A stretch of 64,000 bases of DNA from Nitrospirota bacterium (GCA_963663225.1 OY760142.1:2080001-2144000); one strand, 5' to 3'. Shown: positions 11,283-24,113, counted from the stretch's first letter. Translations and numbers: made by a program. The notes: generated by a model from the sequence alone, not told the origin.

Positions 11283-12866
11283 ATGTCGGAACAGGTAAAG
11301 GTTGCCAAAGCCGCAGGGGTCATCGGGACTGCCACCCTGGCATCCCGCGTACTGGGATATGTCCGCGACATGGTTATGTCCTGGGCTTTCGGCACTGGTA
11401 TTGCCGCCGATGCATTCTATGTGGCGTACCGTATCCCGAACCTTCTGCGGGAACTGCTTGCAGAAGGCTCGATGTCCGCCGCTTTTATCCCTGTTTTTAC
11501 GGAAACGCTTACCAAGGAGTCACGGGAGAGCGCACTTCGCCTGGCAAACGCCATGTTCGCGCGTCTGCTTTTGATTCTTCTTATTCTGACCGTCCTGGGC
11601 ATTATTTTTGCTCCCTATGTGGTCAAAGTGATTGCCGGCGGCTGGGCATACAAGGCGGAACAGGACAAATACCTTCTTGGCGTTACGCTTACGAGGATCA
11701 TGTTCCCGTATCTTTTATTCATCGGGCTTGCGGCGCTCGCCATGGGCATGCTCAATTCGCTTCGCTCTTTCTTTGCGCCTGCGATTTCACCCGTTCTTCT
11801 GAATATCATGACCATTACTGCGGTGGTTTTAAGCCTCCGGTTTCTGTCAGAGCCGATTTTCGGTGTTGCCGTCGGTGTCGTGCTCGGCGGTCTCTGTCAA
11901 TTTCTGGTCCAAATCCCGGGGTTGCGGAAACAGGGAATGATGATCCGGCCGCAGTTTGAGCCCTCGCACCACGGCGTCAGTACCATTACGAGGCTTGCGG
12001 CGCCGGTGTTTTTCAGCTCCTCGGTTAATCAGTTCAATATTCTTATCGGCACAATATTTGCCTCGTTTTTGGCGACCGGGAGCATTGCGTACCTCTTCTA
12101 CGGAATGAGATTCATTCATTTCCCTCTGGGTATTTTCGGTATTGCCCTCGCCACGGCCGTGCTGCCAACCATGTCTGCGCAGGCCGCCAGGAGTGAGACC
12201 GAAAACTTCCGCGAGACTCTTTCCCTCGGCCTGCGGCTTGTGTTTTTCGTGATGTTTCCGGCCATGGCCGGTCTTATCACGCTCCGCGTGCCGATTGTGC
12301 AGCTGTTGCTTGAACATGGCCAATTCGACCGGATATCCACGCAGGGGACGGCCGTTGCCATTCTGTATTATGCGGTAGGTCTCTGGGCCTTTGCAGGTGT
12401 ACGGATCGTCGCACAGGCGTTTTATGCGCTTCAAGACACCCGGACGCCGGTCGCCATCGCAGTTGTTGCCCTGTTTACGAATATCCTCTTGAGCGCGGTT
12501 TTTGTCTTCTGGACACCGCTGCAGCACGGAGGTTTGGCGCTTGCTACATCGCTTTCGGCAATGGTCAACATTACGATGCTTACGCTGCTGCTCAGGAAAA
12601 AGATCGGCCGCATGGATGGGACGAGAATATTCAAGTCATTGCTGAAGATCATTCCTGTGTCTGCCGCGATGGGGCTGATCGGCTGGATGATCAGCAAACA
12701 GCCGGTGTGGCAAACAGGCGGCAACACCCTGCTGAAGGCAGCGCTGCTTTTCGGCGGAATGTCCTTGTGTTTCCTCTTCTATGTTGCGGCCATGTGGTTG
12801 TTGCGCAGCGAAGAACTGAGATTCATGTGGGATATTGTAAAAAGAAAAACGAGGACAAAAAGCTAG
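11283..12866 (+). CDS. murJ: Lipid II flippase MurJ (MviN)
   Basis: SRVLGYVRD, RIPNLLRELLAEG, many TM helices; divergent from rpsT. Confidence 0.96.
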   Translation: MSEQVKVAKAAGVIGTATLASRVLGYVRDMVMSWAFGTGIAADAFYVAYRIPNLLRELLAEGSMSAAFIPVFTETLTKESRESALRLANAMFARLLLILLILTVLGIIFAPYVVKVIAGGWAYKAEQDKYLLGVTLTRIMFPYLLFIGLAALAMGMLNSLRSFFAPAISPVLLNIMTITAVVLSLRFLSEPIFGVAVGVVLGGLCQFLVQIPGLRKQGMMIRPQFEPSHHGVSTITRLAAPVFFSSSVNQFNILIGTIFASFLATGSIAYLFYGMRFIHFPLGIFGIALATAVLPTMSAQAARSETENFRETLSLGLRLVFFVMFPAMAGLITLRVPIVQLLLEHGQFDRISTQGTAVAILYYAVGLWAFAGVRIVAQAFYALQDTRTPVAIAVVALFTNILLSAVFVFWTPLQHGGLALATSLSAMVNITMLTLLLRKKIGRMDGTRIFKSLLKIIPVSAAMGLIGWMISKQPVWQTGGNTLLKAALLFGGMSLCFLFYVAAMWLLRSEELRFMWDIVKRKTRTKS

Positions 12867-12883
12867 ACCGCGAGGACCGGAAC

Positions 12884-13432
12884 ATGCCGCATGATTGCAA
12901 TCACGCTTTTTTTAAAACACCGTTCGGCTGGGCGGGAGTGAAAGTATCAAGCCGGGGAGTGTGCCGGGTTATTCTGCCGAAAAAGGACAAAAAAACTGCT
13001 GAAGAGGAAATGCGACGAGTAAAGTTGCCTCGCTCCCGCCATAAGCAGCATTCTGCACAGAATGGATTGCCCGAATCGTGCGACCCGGCTCTCCTGAAGG
13101 AAACAATTCTTTTTCTCCGGGCATACTTCACCGGAAAGTGCATTTTATTTGATATTCCGGTCGATACGCGTTATTATACGCCCTTCCAGCGGGCGGTTTG
13201 GGGAGCAACGGCGGACATCCCGTATGGCGAGACACGCTCCTATGGCTGGGTGGCAAAAAAAATCGGAAATCCAAAATCCATGCGGGCAGTAGGACAGGCG
13301 CTCGGCGCAAACCCTGTCCCGATTATAATCCCCTGCCATCGCGTTCTCCGGTCAACGGGCGAACTTGGCGGTTTCGGCAGCGGCTTGCCCATGAAAAAAA
13401 AGCTGCTGGCATTGGAATTATCAGAGAAATAA
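12884..13432 (+). CDS. ogt: Methylated-DNA--protein-cysteine methyltransferase
   Basis: IPYGETRSY, RAVGQA, active site IIIPCHRV. Confidence 0.92.
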   Translation: MPHDCNHAFFKTPFGWAGVKVSSRGVCRVILPKKDKKTAEEEMRRVKLPRSRHKQHSAQNGLPESCDPALLKETILFLRAYFTGKCILFDIPVDTRYYTPFQRAVWGATADIPYGETRSYGWVAKKIGNPKSMRAVGQALGANPVPIIIPCHRVLRSTGELGGFGSGLPMKKKLLALELSEK

Positions 13433-13517
13433 TACGAGACGGCGGCAACGAAATACGACGGAAGATGGTGTGCCGCCGCAATTCAGGTTCTATTTTTCCT
13501 ACGAAAGGTTGTGAAAC

Positions 13518-15796
<2,279 letters not shown>

Positions 15797-15841
15797 GAAG
15801 CGACAACCGGCTGCGGAAACGATTATAATCAACTGCGGAGG

Positions 15842-15893
15842 CGCGAAGAACACAAAGAATATCCAATCTTTGAAGACTTCGCGCTTTTCTTTT
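15842..15893 (+). terminator. Probable terminator after guaB
   Basis: GCGCGAAG...CTTCGCGC stem with inner CAAAGA/TCTTTG, followed by TTTTCTTTT. Confidence 0.55.
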
Positions 15894-15901
15894 GGGAGCG
15901 T

Positions 15902-16852
15902 ATGACGAAAAAAATTTCCGTTGGAATCAGTGCCTGCCTCCTGGGGGAAAAAGTCCGGTACGACGGCGGACACAAGCTCGATCATTATCTCCGTGACACG
16001 CTCGGACAATTTGTGGAATGGGTCCCGGTTTGCCCGGAAGTGGAATCAGGACTATCCGTGCCGAGAGAAGCGATGCACCTGCAGGGTAATCCGAAGTCTC
16101 CCCGTCTGGTCACCAAAAGCAGCGGCGTCGATCATACGGACCGCATGAACCGCTGGACAGAGAAAAAACTGGCCGGACCGAGGAGCCGGAATCTCTGCGG
16201 ATTTGTTTTTAAAAGCCGCTCCCCCAGTTCTGGAATGCAGGGAGTAACAGTATACGGCCGCTCCGGAAAAGTAGCCGGAAAAAGTGCCGGGATTTTTGCA
16301 AAAATGTTCAGGGAGCGTTTCCCCCTTATACCCGTGGAGGATGAGGGACGATTACAGGACCCGGGTATACGGGAGAATTTTATTGAACGGGTCTTTGTTT
16401 TTCATCGGTGGCAGGAGCTCTTGCGGGAGGGCGTATCAGCAGGTTCGCTGGTTGCCTTCCATACGGACCATAAACTGCTTGTTATGTCCCACAGTACTGT
16501 TCATCTGCGCAAACTTGGCGCGATCGTTTCCCGTTCAAAACAATATCCACGACCGGTGCTGGAGGAACGGTATTGTGCTGCCCTTATGGAAGGGTTGCGT
16601 CTTTGTGCAACCGTCCGAAAGCATACAAATGTGCTGCAGCATTTGGCGGGATATTTTAAGCAACTGCTGTCATCCGATGAAAAAAAAGAGCTGAATGAAC
16701 TCATCATGCACTATCGAGAAGGGTTTCTGCCGTTGCTTGTCCCGATCACGCTGCTGAAGCATTACGCGAACAAATTTAATGAGTCCTATCTTCTGCGTCA
16801 GCATTATCTTAAGCCTCACCCTCTTGAACTTATGCTCAGAAACCATGCCTGA
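15902..16852 (+). CDS. DUF523 (2-thiouracil desulfurase-like) + DUF1722 (YbgA) protein
   Basis: GISACLLGEKVRYDGGH, VCPEVE, SPSSG, EDEGRL, C-terminal ELMLRNH. Confidence 0.88.
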   Translation: MTKKISVGISACLLGEKVRYDGGHKLDHYLRDTLGQFVEWVPVCPEVESGLSVPREAMHLQGNPKSPRLVTKSSGVDHTDRMNRWTEKKLAGPRSRNLCGFVFKSRSPSSGMQGVTVYGRSGKVAGKSAGIFAKMFRERFPLIPVEDEGRLQDPGIRENFIERVFVFHRWQELLREGVSAGSLVAFHTDHKLLVMSHSTVHLRKLGAIVSRSKQYPRPVLEERYCAALMEGLRLCATVRKHTNVLQHLAGYFKQLLSSDEKKELNELIMHYREGFLPLLVPITLLKHYANKFNESYLLRQHYLKPHPLELMLRNHA

Positions 16853-16977
16853 TGCGATCTGCCAGGAGAAAGGCATTGCTTCATACTTTTTTTGTGAGGT
16901 GAGGAAATGACGCTTCTCTTTAGAGAGCCGGTTTTTCTGATTAGTTCTTGAATATTCTTACGGAGAAACGAAAAAAC

Positions 16978-18813
16978 ATGAACATAGTGGAACGACTAAA
17001 ACAGGAATTGCTGACCGGCGACGGTGCCGCAGGTACGATGTTTTATGCGAAAGGAATCAACCTTGACAGGAACTTTGAGCATTTAAACATCACCAGACCT
17101 GACCTGGTGCTGGAACTGGCCATTGAGTATGTTGCCGCGGGGGCCCAGGTGATCGAGACGAACACCTTCGGCGCGAACATCACCAAGCTGGACCCCATAG
17201 GTCTTGGAAACAACTTGACGGAAATCAATATTGCCGGTGCGCGTATCGCGCGCGATGCCGCAAACCGCGGCCGTAACATTCTGGTGGCGGGATCTGTGGG
17301 GCCGCTTGCCCGAACCAGAGGGGAAGAGCGGGAGCCAAGCACAGAAGAAATGCTGCAATTCTTTCACACCCAGTGCAAGGCTTTGGCAGCAGGCGGTGTC
17401 GATTTCCTTCTGCTCGAAACCTTCACATCGCTATCGCAGCTTCGGGCCGCCGTCAACGCCGCCCGACAAACGGGCCTGCCTGTCTGTGCAATGATGGCTT
17501 TTCAGGAAGGGGGGCGCAGCGGAGACGGGACCACCGTGGAAAAATTCTGCGAAGCAATGGAGCAGTCTCTCGTAGACATGGTCGGCGCCAACTGCGGCGC
17601 AGGCCCCCGGGAACTCGTTATGGTCGTGCGCAGGCTTGCCGCCCTGACGGAGAAACCGATTGCAGCGTATGCCAACAGCGGTTTTCCGGAGTATCACGAC
17701 GGCCGCTATATTTACCGGGCAACTCCAGATTATTTCGCGGTCATGGCGAAGGAAATGGCCGAAGAAGGAGCAAACCTGATCGGCGGCTGTTGCGGCACCA
17801 CGCCCGAACACATCGCGGCAATTTCCCGGTCTCTTACAGGAAGGAAGCCTGCCGAGCGTTCAAGCAGAGCAACTGCTCCCGTGGCTGAATCCGTACCGTC
17901 TGCACGACGCGGAACGTCGTCGTTTCTGGATGCCTGGGGATGCCGGAAAGTCATTACCGTTGAACTCGATCCCCCAAAGGGCATGGACTGCGGACGCATT
18001 CTGGAGGGAAGCCGCCGCCTCAAAGAGGCAGGAGTTGACGCTATTAATATTGCTGAAAATCCCCTGGCGCGTCCGCGGATGGGCAATATCGCATTGGGAA
18101 GCATCATCCAGCAGCAGATGGGAATAGAAGTTATCATTCATATCACCGGACGGGACCGCAATCTGATCGGCATGCAGTCCGATTTAATGGGGGCCAGTTT
18201 GCTCGGAATCCGTTCGATCCTTGCCGTCACAGGCGATCCTGCCAGCATGGGCGATCATGCGGGGGCAAAATCTGTTTTTGACCTGCATTCATTCACCTTA
18301 ATCAAACTGCTGGCGGACATGAACCGGGGGATCAACGCCATCGGCGGTTCTATCGGCGCCGGGACCAGGTTCACCATCGGCGCGGCGTTTAATCCCAACG
18401 CGAAGAACATTGCAGCGCAGGCAGAACGGTTGCGTAAAAAGGTGGCAAACGGCGCAGTTTTCGCACAGACCCAGCCGGTTTATGATCCGGAATTGCTCTT
18501 CACCGCGAATAATCTGGTTCGTGACTGCGGCATCCCGGTTCTGCCTGGTGTTTTGCCGCTGATCAGCGAACGCAATGCGGAATATCTTCACAACGAGGTG
18601 CCGGGGATCTCGATTCCCACGGAAATACGAGCCCGGATGAAAGGACTGGAAAAAGAGGCGGGAATCCGGGAAGGGATCAGGATTGCGAAGGAATTCATTG
18701 ATACCACGTTTGAATCCGTCGGCGGCTACTATCTCGTGCCCCCTTTTGGAAAGTTTGAAACGGCACTGGAGCTGGTCGACTATGTCCATCGGAAGGAGGA
18801 AAGGCGCTCGTGA
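16978..18813 (+). CDS. Bifunctional homocysteine S-methyltransferase / methylenetetrahydrofolate reductase (YitJ-like)
   Basis: TNTFGAN, GANC, IGGCCGTTPEHI; MTHFR half with VELDPP, VTGDP, HNEVPGI. Confidence 0.92.
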   Translation: MNIVERLKQELLTGDGAAGTMFYAKGINLDRNFEHLNITRPDLVLELAIEYVAAGAQVIETNTFGANITKLDPIGLGNNLTEINIAGARIARDAANRGRNILVAGSVGPLARTRGEEREPSTEEMLQFFHTQCKALAAGGVDFLLLETFTSLSQLRAAVNAARQTGLPVCAMMAFQEGGRSGDGTTVEKFCEAMEQSLVDMVGANCGAGPRELVMVVRRLAALTEKPIAAYANSGFPEYHDGRYIYRATPDYFAVMAKEMAEEGANLIGGCCGTTPEHIAAISRSLTGRKPAERSSRATAPVAESVPSARRGTSSFLDAWGCRKVITVELDPPKGMDCGRILEGSRRLKEAGVDAINIAENPLARPRMGNIALGSIIQQQMGIEVIIHITGRDRNLIGMQSDLMGASLLGIRSILAVTGDPASMGDHAGAKSVFDLHSFTLIKLLADMNRGINAIGGSIGAGTRFTIGAAFNPNAKNIAAQAERLRKKVANGAVFAQTQPVYDPELLFTANNLVRDCGIPVLPGVLPLISERNAEYLHNEVPGISIPTEIRARMKGLEKEAGIREGIRIAKEFIDTTFESVGGYYLVPPFGKFETALELVDYVHRKEERRS

Positions 18814-19775
18814 AAAAAATTGTAAGACCGGTTTTTCTTCTGACAACTGTCTTGCTTTTACACGCTTGCGCAATTGAGCCGTATAACCATGAAGACATCC
18901 GGTCGGTCAAAGTAATTCCGGATTGGAACCTGCCTTCGCCGTTTCATCCCGTGCCCGCGGTTGACACGCTGAACCCTGTCCTTACTGCCCGCGATATCAT
19001 TGACGTTCCTGATGCCCAGTTTGTTGCCGACCCCTTTCTTTACTTTGATGGCAATACGTGGCATATGTTCTTTGAAATTTTCAGGTCCGGCATAGACCGG
19101 GGGGTGATAGGCCATGCCACGAGCCTTGACGGGACTCGCTGGACATACGACAGGATTGTCCTGACCGCAACCTGGCATTTATCGTATCCTCAGATTTTTT
19201 CAGTTAAGGGCAATTTTTATATGATACCTGAGGCCAGGCGATCGGGTAGTGTCATCATATACAAGGCGCGGAACTTTCCTTACGGCTGGGAGCCTGTTGC
19301 CACATTCCAGCTGAAAGGCCTTCTGGACCCGTCGGTGGTTTACTATCATGGGCTGTGGTGGATGTTTGTTTCTGATTCACAATTTAATCTTTATCTTTAT
19401 TATGCGGACGATCCGCTGGCCGGCTGGACTGAACATCCCATGAGTCCGATCAGAAGCGGCCGGGCACTGTCCCGTTGCGGTGGTCGGTCATTTGTGTGGC
19501 AGGGGGATATAATCAGAATTGCGCAGGAATCAACGGAAACAGCGTATGGCGTTTCCGTACGGGCCTTCCGGATAAATCATCTTAGCAAGACGTCGTATGA
19601 AGAATATGAACAGAAAGAAAGTCCCCTTTTGCGCGGCAGCGGCGCCGGCTGGAACGCCGGAGGGATGCACCATTATGATCCCTGGCTCGCGGATGGCCGG
19701 TGGCTTATTGCCGTGGATGGCTGGGGAGAAGGCGTTTTTGCGCCGTGGAGCATCGGTATTTTTACTTCACAGTAA
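18810..19775 (+). CDS. Lipoprotein with five-bladed beta-propeller glycosidase-like (GINT1 N-terminal-like) domain
   Basis: Lipobox LHAC; ADPFL, HLSYP, MIPE, DPSVV, WTEHPMSP, GMHHYD motifs; overlaps upstream stop (GTGA). Confidence 0.72.
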   Translation: MKKIVRPVFLLTTVLLLHACAIEPYNHEDIRSVKVIPDWNLPSPFHPVPAVDTLNPVLTARDIIDVPDAQFVADPFLYFDGNTWHMFFEIFRSGIDRGVIGHATSLDGTRWTYDRIVLTATWHLSYPQIFSVKGNFYMIPEARRSGSVIIYKARNFPYGWEPVATFQLKGLLDPSVVYYHGLWWMFVSDSQFNLYLYYADDPLAGWTEHPMSPIRSGRALSRCGGRSFVWQGDIIRIAQESTETAYGVSVRAFRINHLSKTSYEEYEQKESPLLRGSGAGWNAGGMHHYDPWLADGRWLIAVDGWGEGVFAPWSIGIFTSQ

Positions 19776-19881
19776 AAGATTGAAGTCGTAACACCACAAA
19801 ACTATGCAGGAAAGGATGCTTCAAATAGTTATTATTTTTACGGAAAAAACTCACCAGATGCTTTTCACATAAATTTTTGTA

Positions 19882-19910
19882 TTGACATATTAAATTATTG
19901 GTTTAGTATG
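19882..19910 (+). promoter_or_regulatory. Sigma-70-type promoter
   Basis: TTGACA-N17-TAGTAT in AT-rich region upstream of 20002. Confidence 0.55.
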
Positions 19911-20001
19911 TGTATAAAGTTATCACGTTGTTTTTAGTATGTGCGGTGCTGGCCGGATCCCCCTGGCCAGTTGTAACAATCAGTCGGTATGGTGAAGATT
20001 A

Positions 20002-20337
20002 ATGTCTCTGATCAAGGGGTATACTATTTTTTTTCGGCTTCTTCTTTTCTGTCTTGCAGCAGTCTGCATATTGGCTGCCTGCCACCAGAAAACGGCGAAT
20101 AAGACTCCATCGTTGCCACCTCCTGCTCTCGAAACCGTCGACATGGCCCTGATCCAGGATTACTACAACCAGGGGCTGCAATTTTATGCAGATGAAAACT
20201 TTTTGGAAGCAAAACATGCCTGGTTGCAGGTCATCAAACTGGGGCCCAAAACACAGCTCGCCGACAGGGCGCGTGTCTATGTAAAAAAAGTCAACCGGAT
20301 GCTGAAAACCCTGAAAGAAATCGAAAAAAAACAATGA
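20002..20337 (+). CDS. Small TPR-like lipoprotein
   Basis: Lipobox LAAC; YYNQGLQFYADENFLEAKHAWLQVIKLGP is one TPR-like repeat. Confidence 0.65.
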   Translation: MSLIKGYTIFFRLLLFCLAAVCILAACHQKTANKTPSLPPPALETVDMALIQDYYNQGLQFYADENFLEAKHAWLQVIKLGPKTQLADRARVYVKKVNRMLKTLKEIEKKQ

Positions 20338-20376
20338 CCGAAATACGCCGCAAAAAAGCGTAGCAGCGCACCGAAT

Positions 20377-22233
20377 ATGGATCAGCAGCCAAAACAACAT
20401 ATTCCGAAAAGGAAATCAAAACATTTCTTTGACCTGGTCGTTCTCGGTTTTGCTGAAACCTGCGATCAGCTGTTCAACGGCTATATCAAACGGACCTTTC
20501 TCTTCAGATTCCTCTCCTCAATCAGTATCCGCTACAAAATAGCGGCCACGATAACCATTCTTCTTGCGCTGACTGTTTTTTCGCTCGGCTATGTGACGTT
20601 TACCCGCCAGACCGCAATCCTCCGCCAGGAGATGCAGAACCGGGCTGAAGTGCTTGTTCAGCAGCTTGCGTCCGCCGGCAAGGAAGGAATCCTGACAAAA
20701 CAGGAGCTGCATGTTTATTCCACCATAGCGGAAATCCAGAAAAAATCCGGTGTGGTCTATGCGATGGTTGTGGACCCGCAAGGGGCCGTTTTTATACACA
20801 GCGTACTTGAGATGAAGGGAAAAATGCTGGTGGGAAAAGCGGACAAGGCGGCCATGAGTGCTGAAGACCTCCTGTTCCAGGAAACTATCCATGAGGGACG
20901 GCCGGTGCTGGATGCAACGTATCCGATCGTATTCAAGCCAAAGAACATAAAGATCGGCATTGCCAGAATCGGGCTTTCGGAAGAGGCCCTGCACGCGGCC
21001 ATCAGAAAGCAAAAAATCATATTTTTCTGGATATCCATCGGTTTTATCGGGGCCGGTCTCCTGCTTTCATTCGGCCTGGCCAGAATCCTGACAAAATCCA
21101 TCTGCACGCTTGAGGAAGGCATGCGCCGGGTGGCGATGGGCGACCTGAGCCGGCAGGTGGCGGCCCCGTACCGGGATGAAATCGGACGGCTCACCGAAGT
21201 GTTCAATCAGATGATTCTCGGCCTGCGGGAAAAACTGCATATGGAAAAATACCTTTCCCGTTCAACCGTGAGAAGCATTAAGAAAAACCGCGACATATCT
21301 CACTTGAAACTGGGAGGAAGAAAAAAGCATGTGACTGCGCTTTTTTCCGATGTTCGTGGGTTCACCGCCCTTTCGGAGCGCATGAGACCGGAGGAAGTGG
21401 TAAAGCTTTTAAACATTTATCTGAACCTGCAGGGAAAAGTGATCAGGCAGTGGGGCGGTGTCGTCGACAAGTTTATCGGCGATGAAGTGATGGCCATTTT
21501 TGAAGGGCAGGGGGCCGAAATCAATGCCGTGAGATCGGCCGTTGAAATCCAGCGCTACTGTGAATCCCTGAATTGGGCGCGCGCAAAAACCGGCCAGAAG
21601 CAGCTACAGATCGGAATCGGATTGAACAGCGGTGAAGTCGTGATGGGGAATATGGGGTCTGAAGAACAGATGGACTACACGGTGATCGGGGACAATGTGA
21701 ATGTCGCTGCGCGATTATGCAGTATAGCGCTGCCCGGCCAGATCGTCATCAGCAAGGTCATTGCCGATCTGGTAGGAGACCTGGCCACCGTAACAAAACT
21801 TGAACCTGTCATGGTAAAAGGAAAGGACAAACTGCTGGAGGTATACAACGTCACTGACGTAAAAGGTTCCACCAGAAAATACATGCGGCAGACAACGGAA
21901 ACACCCGTCGTATACTATCCCGCCGATCTTCCGAATGAGATGCAGCGTGCGGTCGCAAAGAACATCAGCCCCTCGGGGTGTCTTCTGGAGGTCGCCGCTC
22001 CGATTCCTGCCGCTACCCGACTTTGCATGGAGATCGACCACAAGTGCTTTCATGGCCTGAAGCTCAGGGCAGTAGTGCATCACGCGAAAAAAATGTATTC
22101 CAAACACTTTGTTGTCGTGCGGTTCGAAGAATTGGATGAAGCTTCCAAATACGGTATTATTGCCTGGGTCCATGAAGTGGAATCGGACATCATTGATACC
22201 GTTGCATCTCCCTCTCCAGTGGAAACTTTCTGA
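20377..22233 (+). CDS. Membrane class III adenylate cyclase (TM-sensor-TM-HAMP-cyclase) with C-terminal PilZ domain
   Basis: FSDVRGFT, DKFIGDEVM, DYTVIGDNVNVAARL; PilZ motifs RKYMR and NISPSG. Confidence 0.88.
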   Translation: MDQQPKQHIPKRKSKHFFDLVVLGFAETCDQLFNGYIKRTFLFRFLSSISIRYKIAATITILLALTVFSLGYVTFTRQTAILRQEMQNRAEVLVQQLASAGKEGILTKQELHVYSTIAEIQKKSGVVYAMVVDPQGAVFIHSVLEMKGKMLVGKADKAAMSAEDLLFQETIHEGRPVLDATYPIVFKPKNIKIGIARIGLSEEALHAAIRKQKIIFFWISIGFIGAGLLLSFGLARILTKSICTLEEGMRRVAMGDLSRQVAAPYRDEIGRLTEVFNQMILGLREKLHMEKYLSRSTVRSIKKNRDISHLKLGGRKKHVTALFSDVRGFTALSERMRPEEVVKLLNIYLNLQGKVIRQWGGVVDKFIGDEVMAIFEGQGAEINAVRSAVEIQRYCESLNWARAKTGQKQLQIGIGLNSGEVVMGNMGSEEQMDYTVIGDNVNVAARLCSIALPGQIVISKVIADLVGDLATVTKLEPVMVKGKDKLLEVYNVTDVKGSTRKYMRQTTETPVVYYPADLPNEMQRAVAKNISPSGCLLEVAAPIPAATRLCMEIDHKCFHGLKLRAVVHHAKKMYSKHFVVVRFEELDEASKYGIIAWVHEVESDIIDTVASPSPVETF

Positions 22234-22261
22234 AATCGTGACAGTACATAAAGGGATTTTT

Positions 22262-23428
22262 TTGAAACGGGACGTTATTATTATCGGAGCCGGAGCGTCT
22301 GGCCTTTTATGCGCCGTTGAATGCGGAAAACGCGGCCGCTCGGTGCTTGTGTTGGACCATGCGGAAACCACCGGATCCAAAATCCGCATCTCCGGCGGGG
22401 GGCGCTGCAACTTTACCAATACCGATGTCTCGTCTGATCATTATTTTTCCCACAATCCGCATTTTTGCAAGTCGGCCCTCGCACAATTCACTCCGCGAGA
22501 TTTTCTCTCCCGGGTGGAGAAATACCGCATTCCCTACTGCGCAAAAGAAAAAAACCAGATATTCTGCGTTAAAAGTTCACGGGACATCATCGCCATGCTG
22601 GAAAAAGAATGCGAAAAAGTCCACGCGGAGCTTCGTCTCGGGTGCAGAGTTCTGGACATTGTAAAGCAGACAAACTTTGTCATTACAACAACGCAGGGCG
22701 CATTTTCCTCTGATTCGCTCGTGATCGCAACGGGAGGACTATCGTATTCGCATCTGGGGGCAACCGGCTTTGGCTATGATGTCGCCCGGCAATTCGGTCT
22801 GAGGATCGTGCCCCAGAGACCCGCGCTGGTTCCATTCGTGTTTGCGGAACGGGAACGAAAAGAGTTCCGGAAATTGGCAGGAATCTCTCTAAACGCAAAC
22901 GTATCCTGTGGTTCCCGGCAGTTGCGTGGTAATATCCTCTTTACTCATCGGGGATTGTCGGGACCGGCCGCGCTCCAAGCTTCGCTTTTCTGGACGACCG
23001 GCGATTCGATAACGATTGACCTGCTGCCTGAGACGGATATTCTGAATGTTTTTTCCGGTCAACGGGGCAGCAAGATGCAAATACACAACCTGCTTGCAGC
23101 ATATTTCCCCAAACGGTTTGCGCAGGCCTGGTGCGATATCAGGAGAATCGACAAGCCTCTCAATCAAACATCGGATAAGGAATTAAAGGCCATTGCGACG
23201 GAGCTTCACGCATGGCGGGTTCTCCCCAAGGGGACCGAAGGCTATGAAACTGCCGAGGTGACTGCCGGCGGGGTGGACACGGACGCTCTTTCTTCAAAAA
23301 CCATGGAGGCAAAGAGCGTATCCGGACTTTTCTTTGTGGGGGAAGTTGTAGATGTAACCGGCCTGCTTGGAGGGTACAATCTGCACTGGGCATGGGCTTC
23401 CGGATATGTTGCAGGACAGTATGCTTGA
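22262..23428 (+). CDS. HI0933/YhiN family NAD(P)/FAD-dependent oxidoreductase
   Basis: GAGASG, KIRISGGGRCNFTN, ATGG, GGYNLHWAWASG; start uncertain (TTG 22262 or GTG 22238). Confidence 0.9.
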   Translation: MKRDVIIIGAGASGLLCAVECGKRGRSVLVLDHAETTGSKIRISGGGRCNFTNTDVSSDHYFSHNPHFCKSALAQFTPRDFLSRVEKYRIPYCAKEKNQIFCVKSSRDIIAMLEKECEKVHAELRLGCRVLDIVKQTNFVITTTQGAFSSDSLVIATGGLSYSHLGATGFGYDVARQFGLRIVPQRPALVPFVFAERERKEFRKLAGISLNANVSCGSRQLRGNILFTHRGLSGPAALQASLFWTTGDSITIDLLPETDILNVFSGQRGSKMQIHNLLAAYFPKRFAQAWCDIRRIDKPLNQTSDKELKAIATELHAWRVLPKGTEGYETAEVTAGGVDTDALSSKTMEAKSVSGLFFVGEVVDVTGLLGGYNLHWAWASGYVAGQYA

Positions 23429-23462
23429 ATGATGCGCCGCCGTACTTTTCAGCAGGCTTTTT

Positions 23463-24113
23463 CTAGGGGTTCATCAGGAACCTGTCAGGTGAAGTCGCGC
23501 TGCCGGTGACAACCACACGTCTTCCCTTAACCATCAATCGTCCTTCTGCAAAAAGCTGGATGGCCCGGGAGTATATTGTATGCTCCTGCTTGAGGATGCG
23601 CTCGGCAAGGGTGTCTTCCGTATCATCATCCAGAATCGGCACCACAGCCTGGATAATAACAGGGCCTGTGTCCATGCCTTCATCCACAAAATGCACGGTA
23701 CAGCCGGAAAATTTCACGCCGTGCTCCAGGGCTTTTTTCTGCACGTGCAGTCCCGGAAAGGCCGGAAGAAGTGAAGGGTGGATGTTCAGAATGCGGTTCG
23801 GGTATGCTTTGATCAGCACCGGGGTGATAATGCGCATGAATCCTGCGAGGCACACCAGATCAACGTTGTATTGCTGCAAGTGCGACACCAGCAATGCGTC
23901 ATAAGCTTCCCGTTTGTCCTTATATCCGCTTGGACTGACATGGACTGCCGGAATATCGGCGTTCCGCGCTCGTTCCAGCGCGAAAGCATCTTTCTGGTCG
24001 CTGATGACAACCGCAAGTTCAACGGAAAGCTTTCCTTGCCGGATATTGTCAAGAATGGCTTGTAGATTCGAGCCACGGCCTGAGACGAGGACGCCGATCC
24101 TTGTTTTTTTCAT
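23463..24113 (-). CDS. purN: Phosphoribosylglycinamide formyltransferase
   Basis: SGRGSNLQA, LAGFMRI, NIHPSLLP, GCTVHFV. Confidence 0.96.
   Translation of the reverse strand: MKKTRIGVLVSGRGSNLQAILDNIRQGKLSVELAVVISDQKDAFALERARNADIPAVHVSPSGYKDKREAYDALLVSHLQQYNVDLVCLAGFMRIITPVLIKAYPNRILNIHPSLLPAFPGLHVQKKALEHGVKFSGCTVHFVDEGMDTGPVIIQAVVPILDDDTEDTLAERILKQEHTIYSRAIQLFAEGRLMVKGRRVVVTGSATSPDRFLMNP

Noticed and set aside
16853-16977. SAM riboswitch expected upstream of the YitJ-like gene
   Set aside because: No SAM-I core (ATC..GAG, GCAACC, GGTGC, GAT) recognisable; an Rfam scan would settle it
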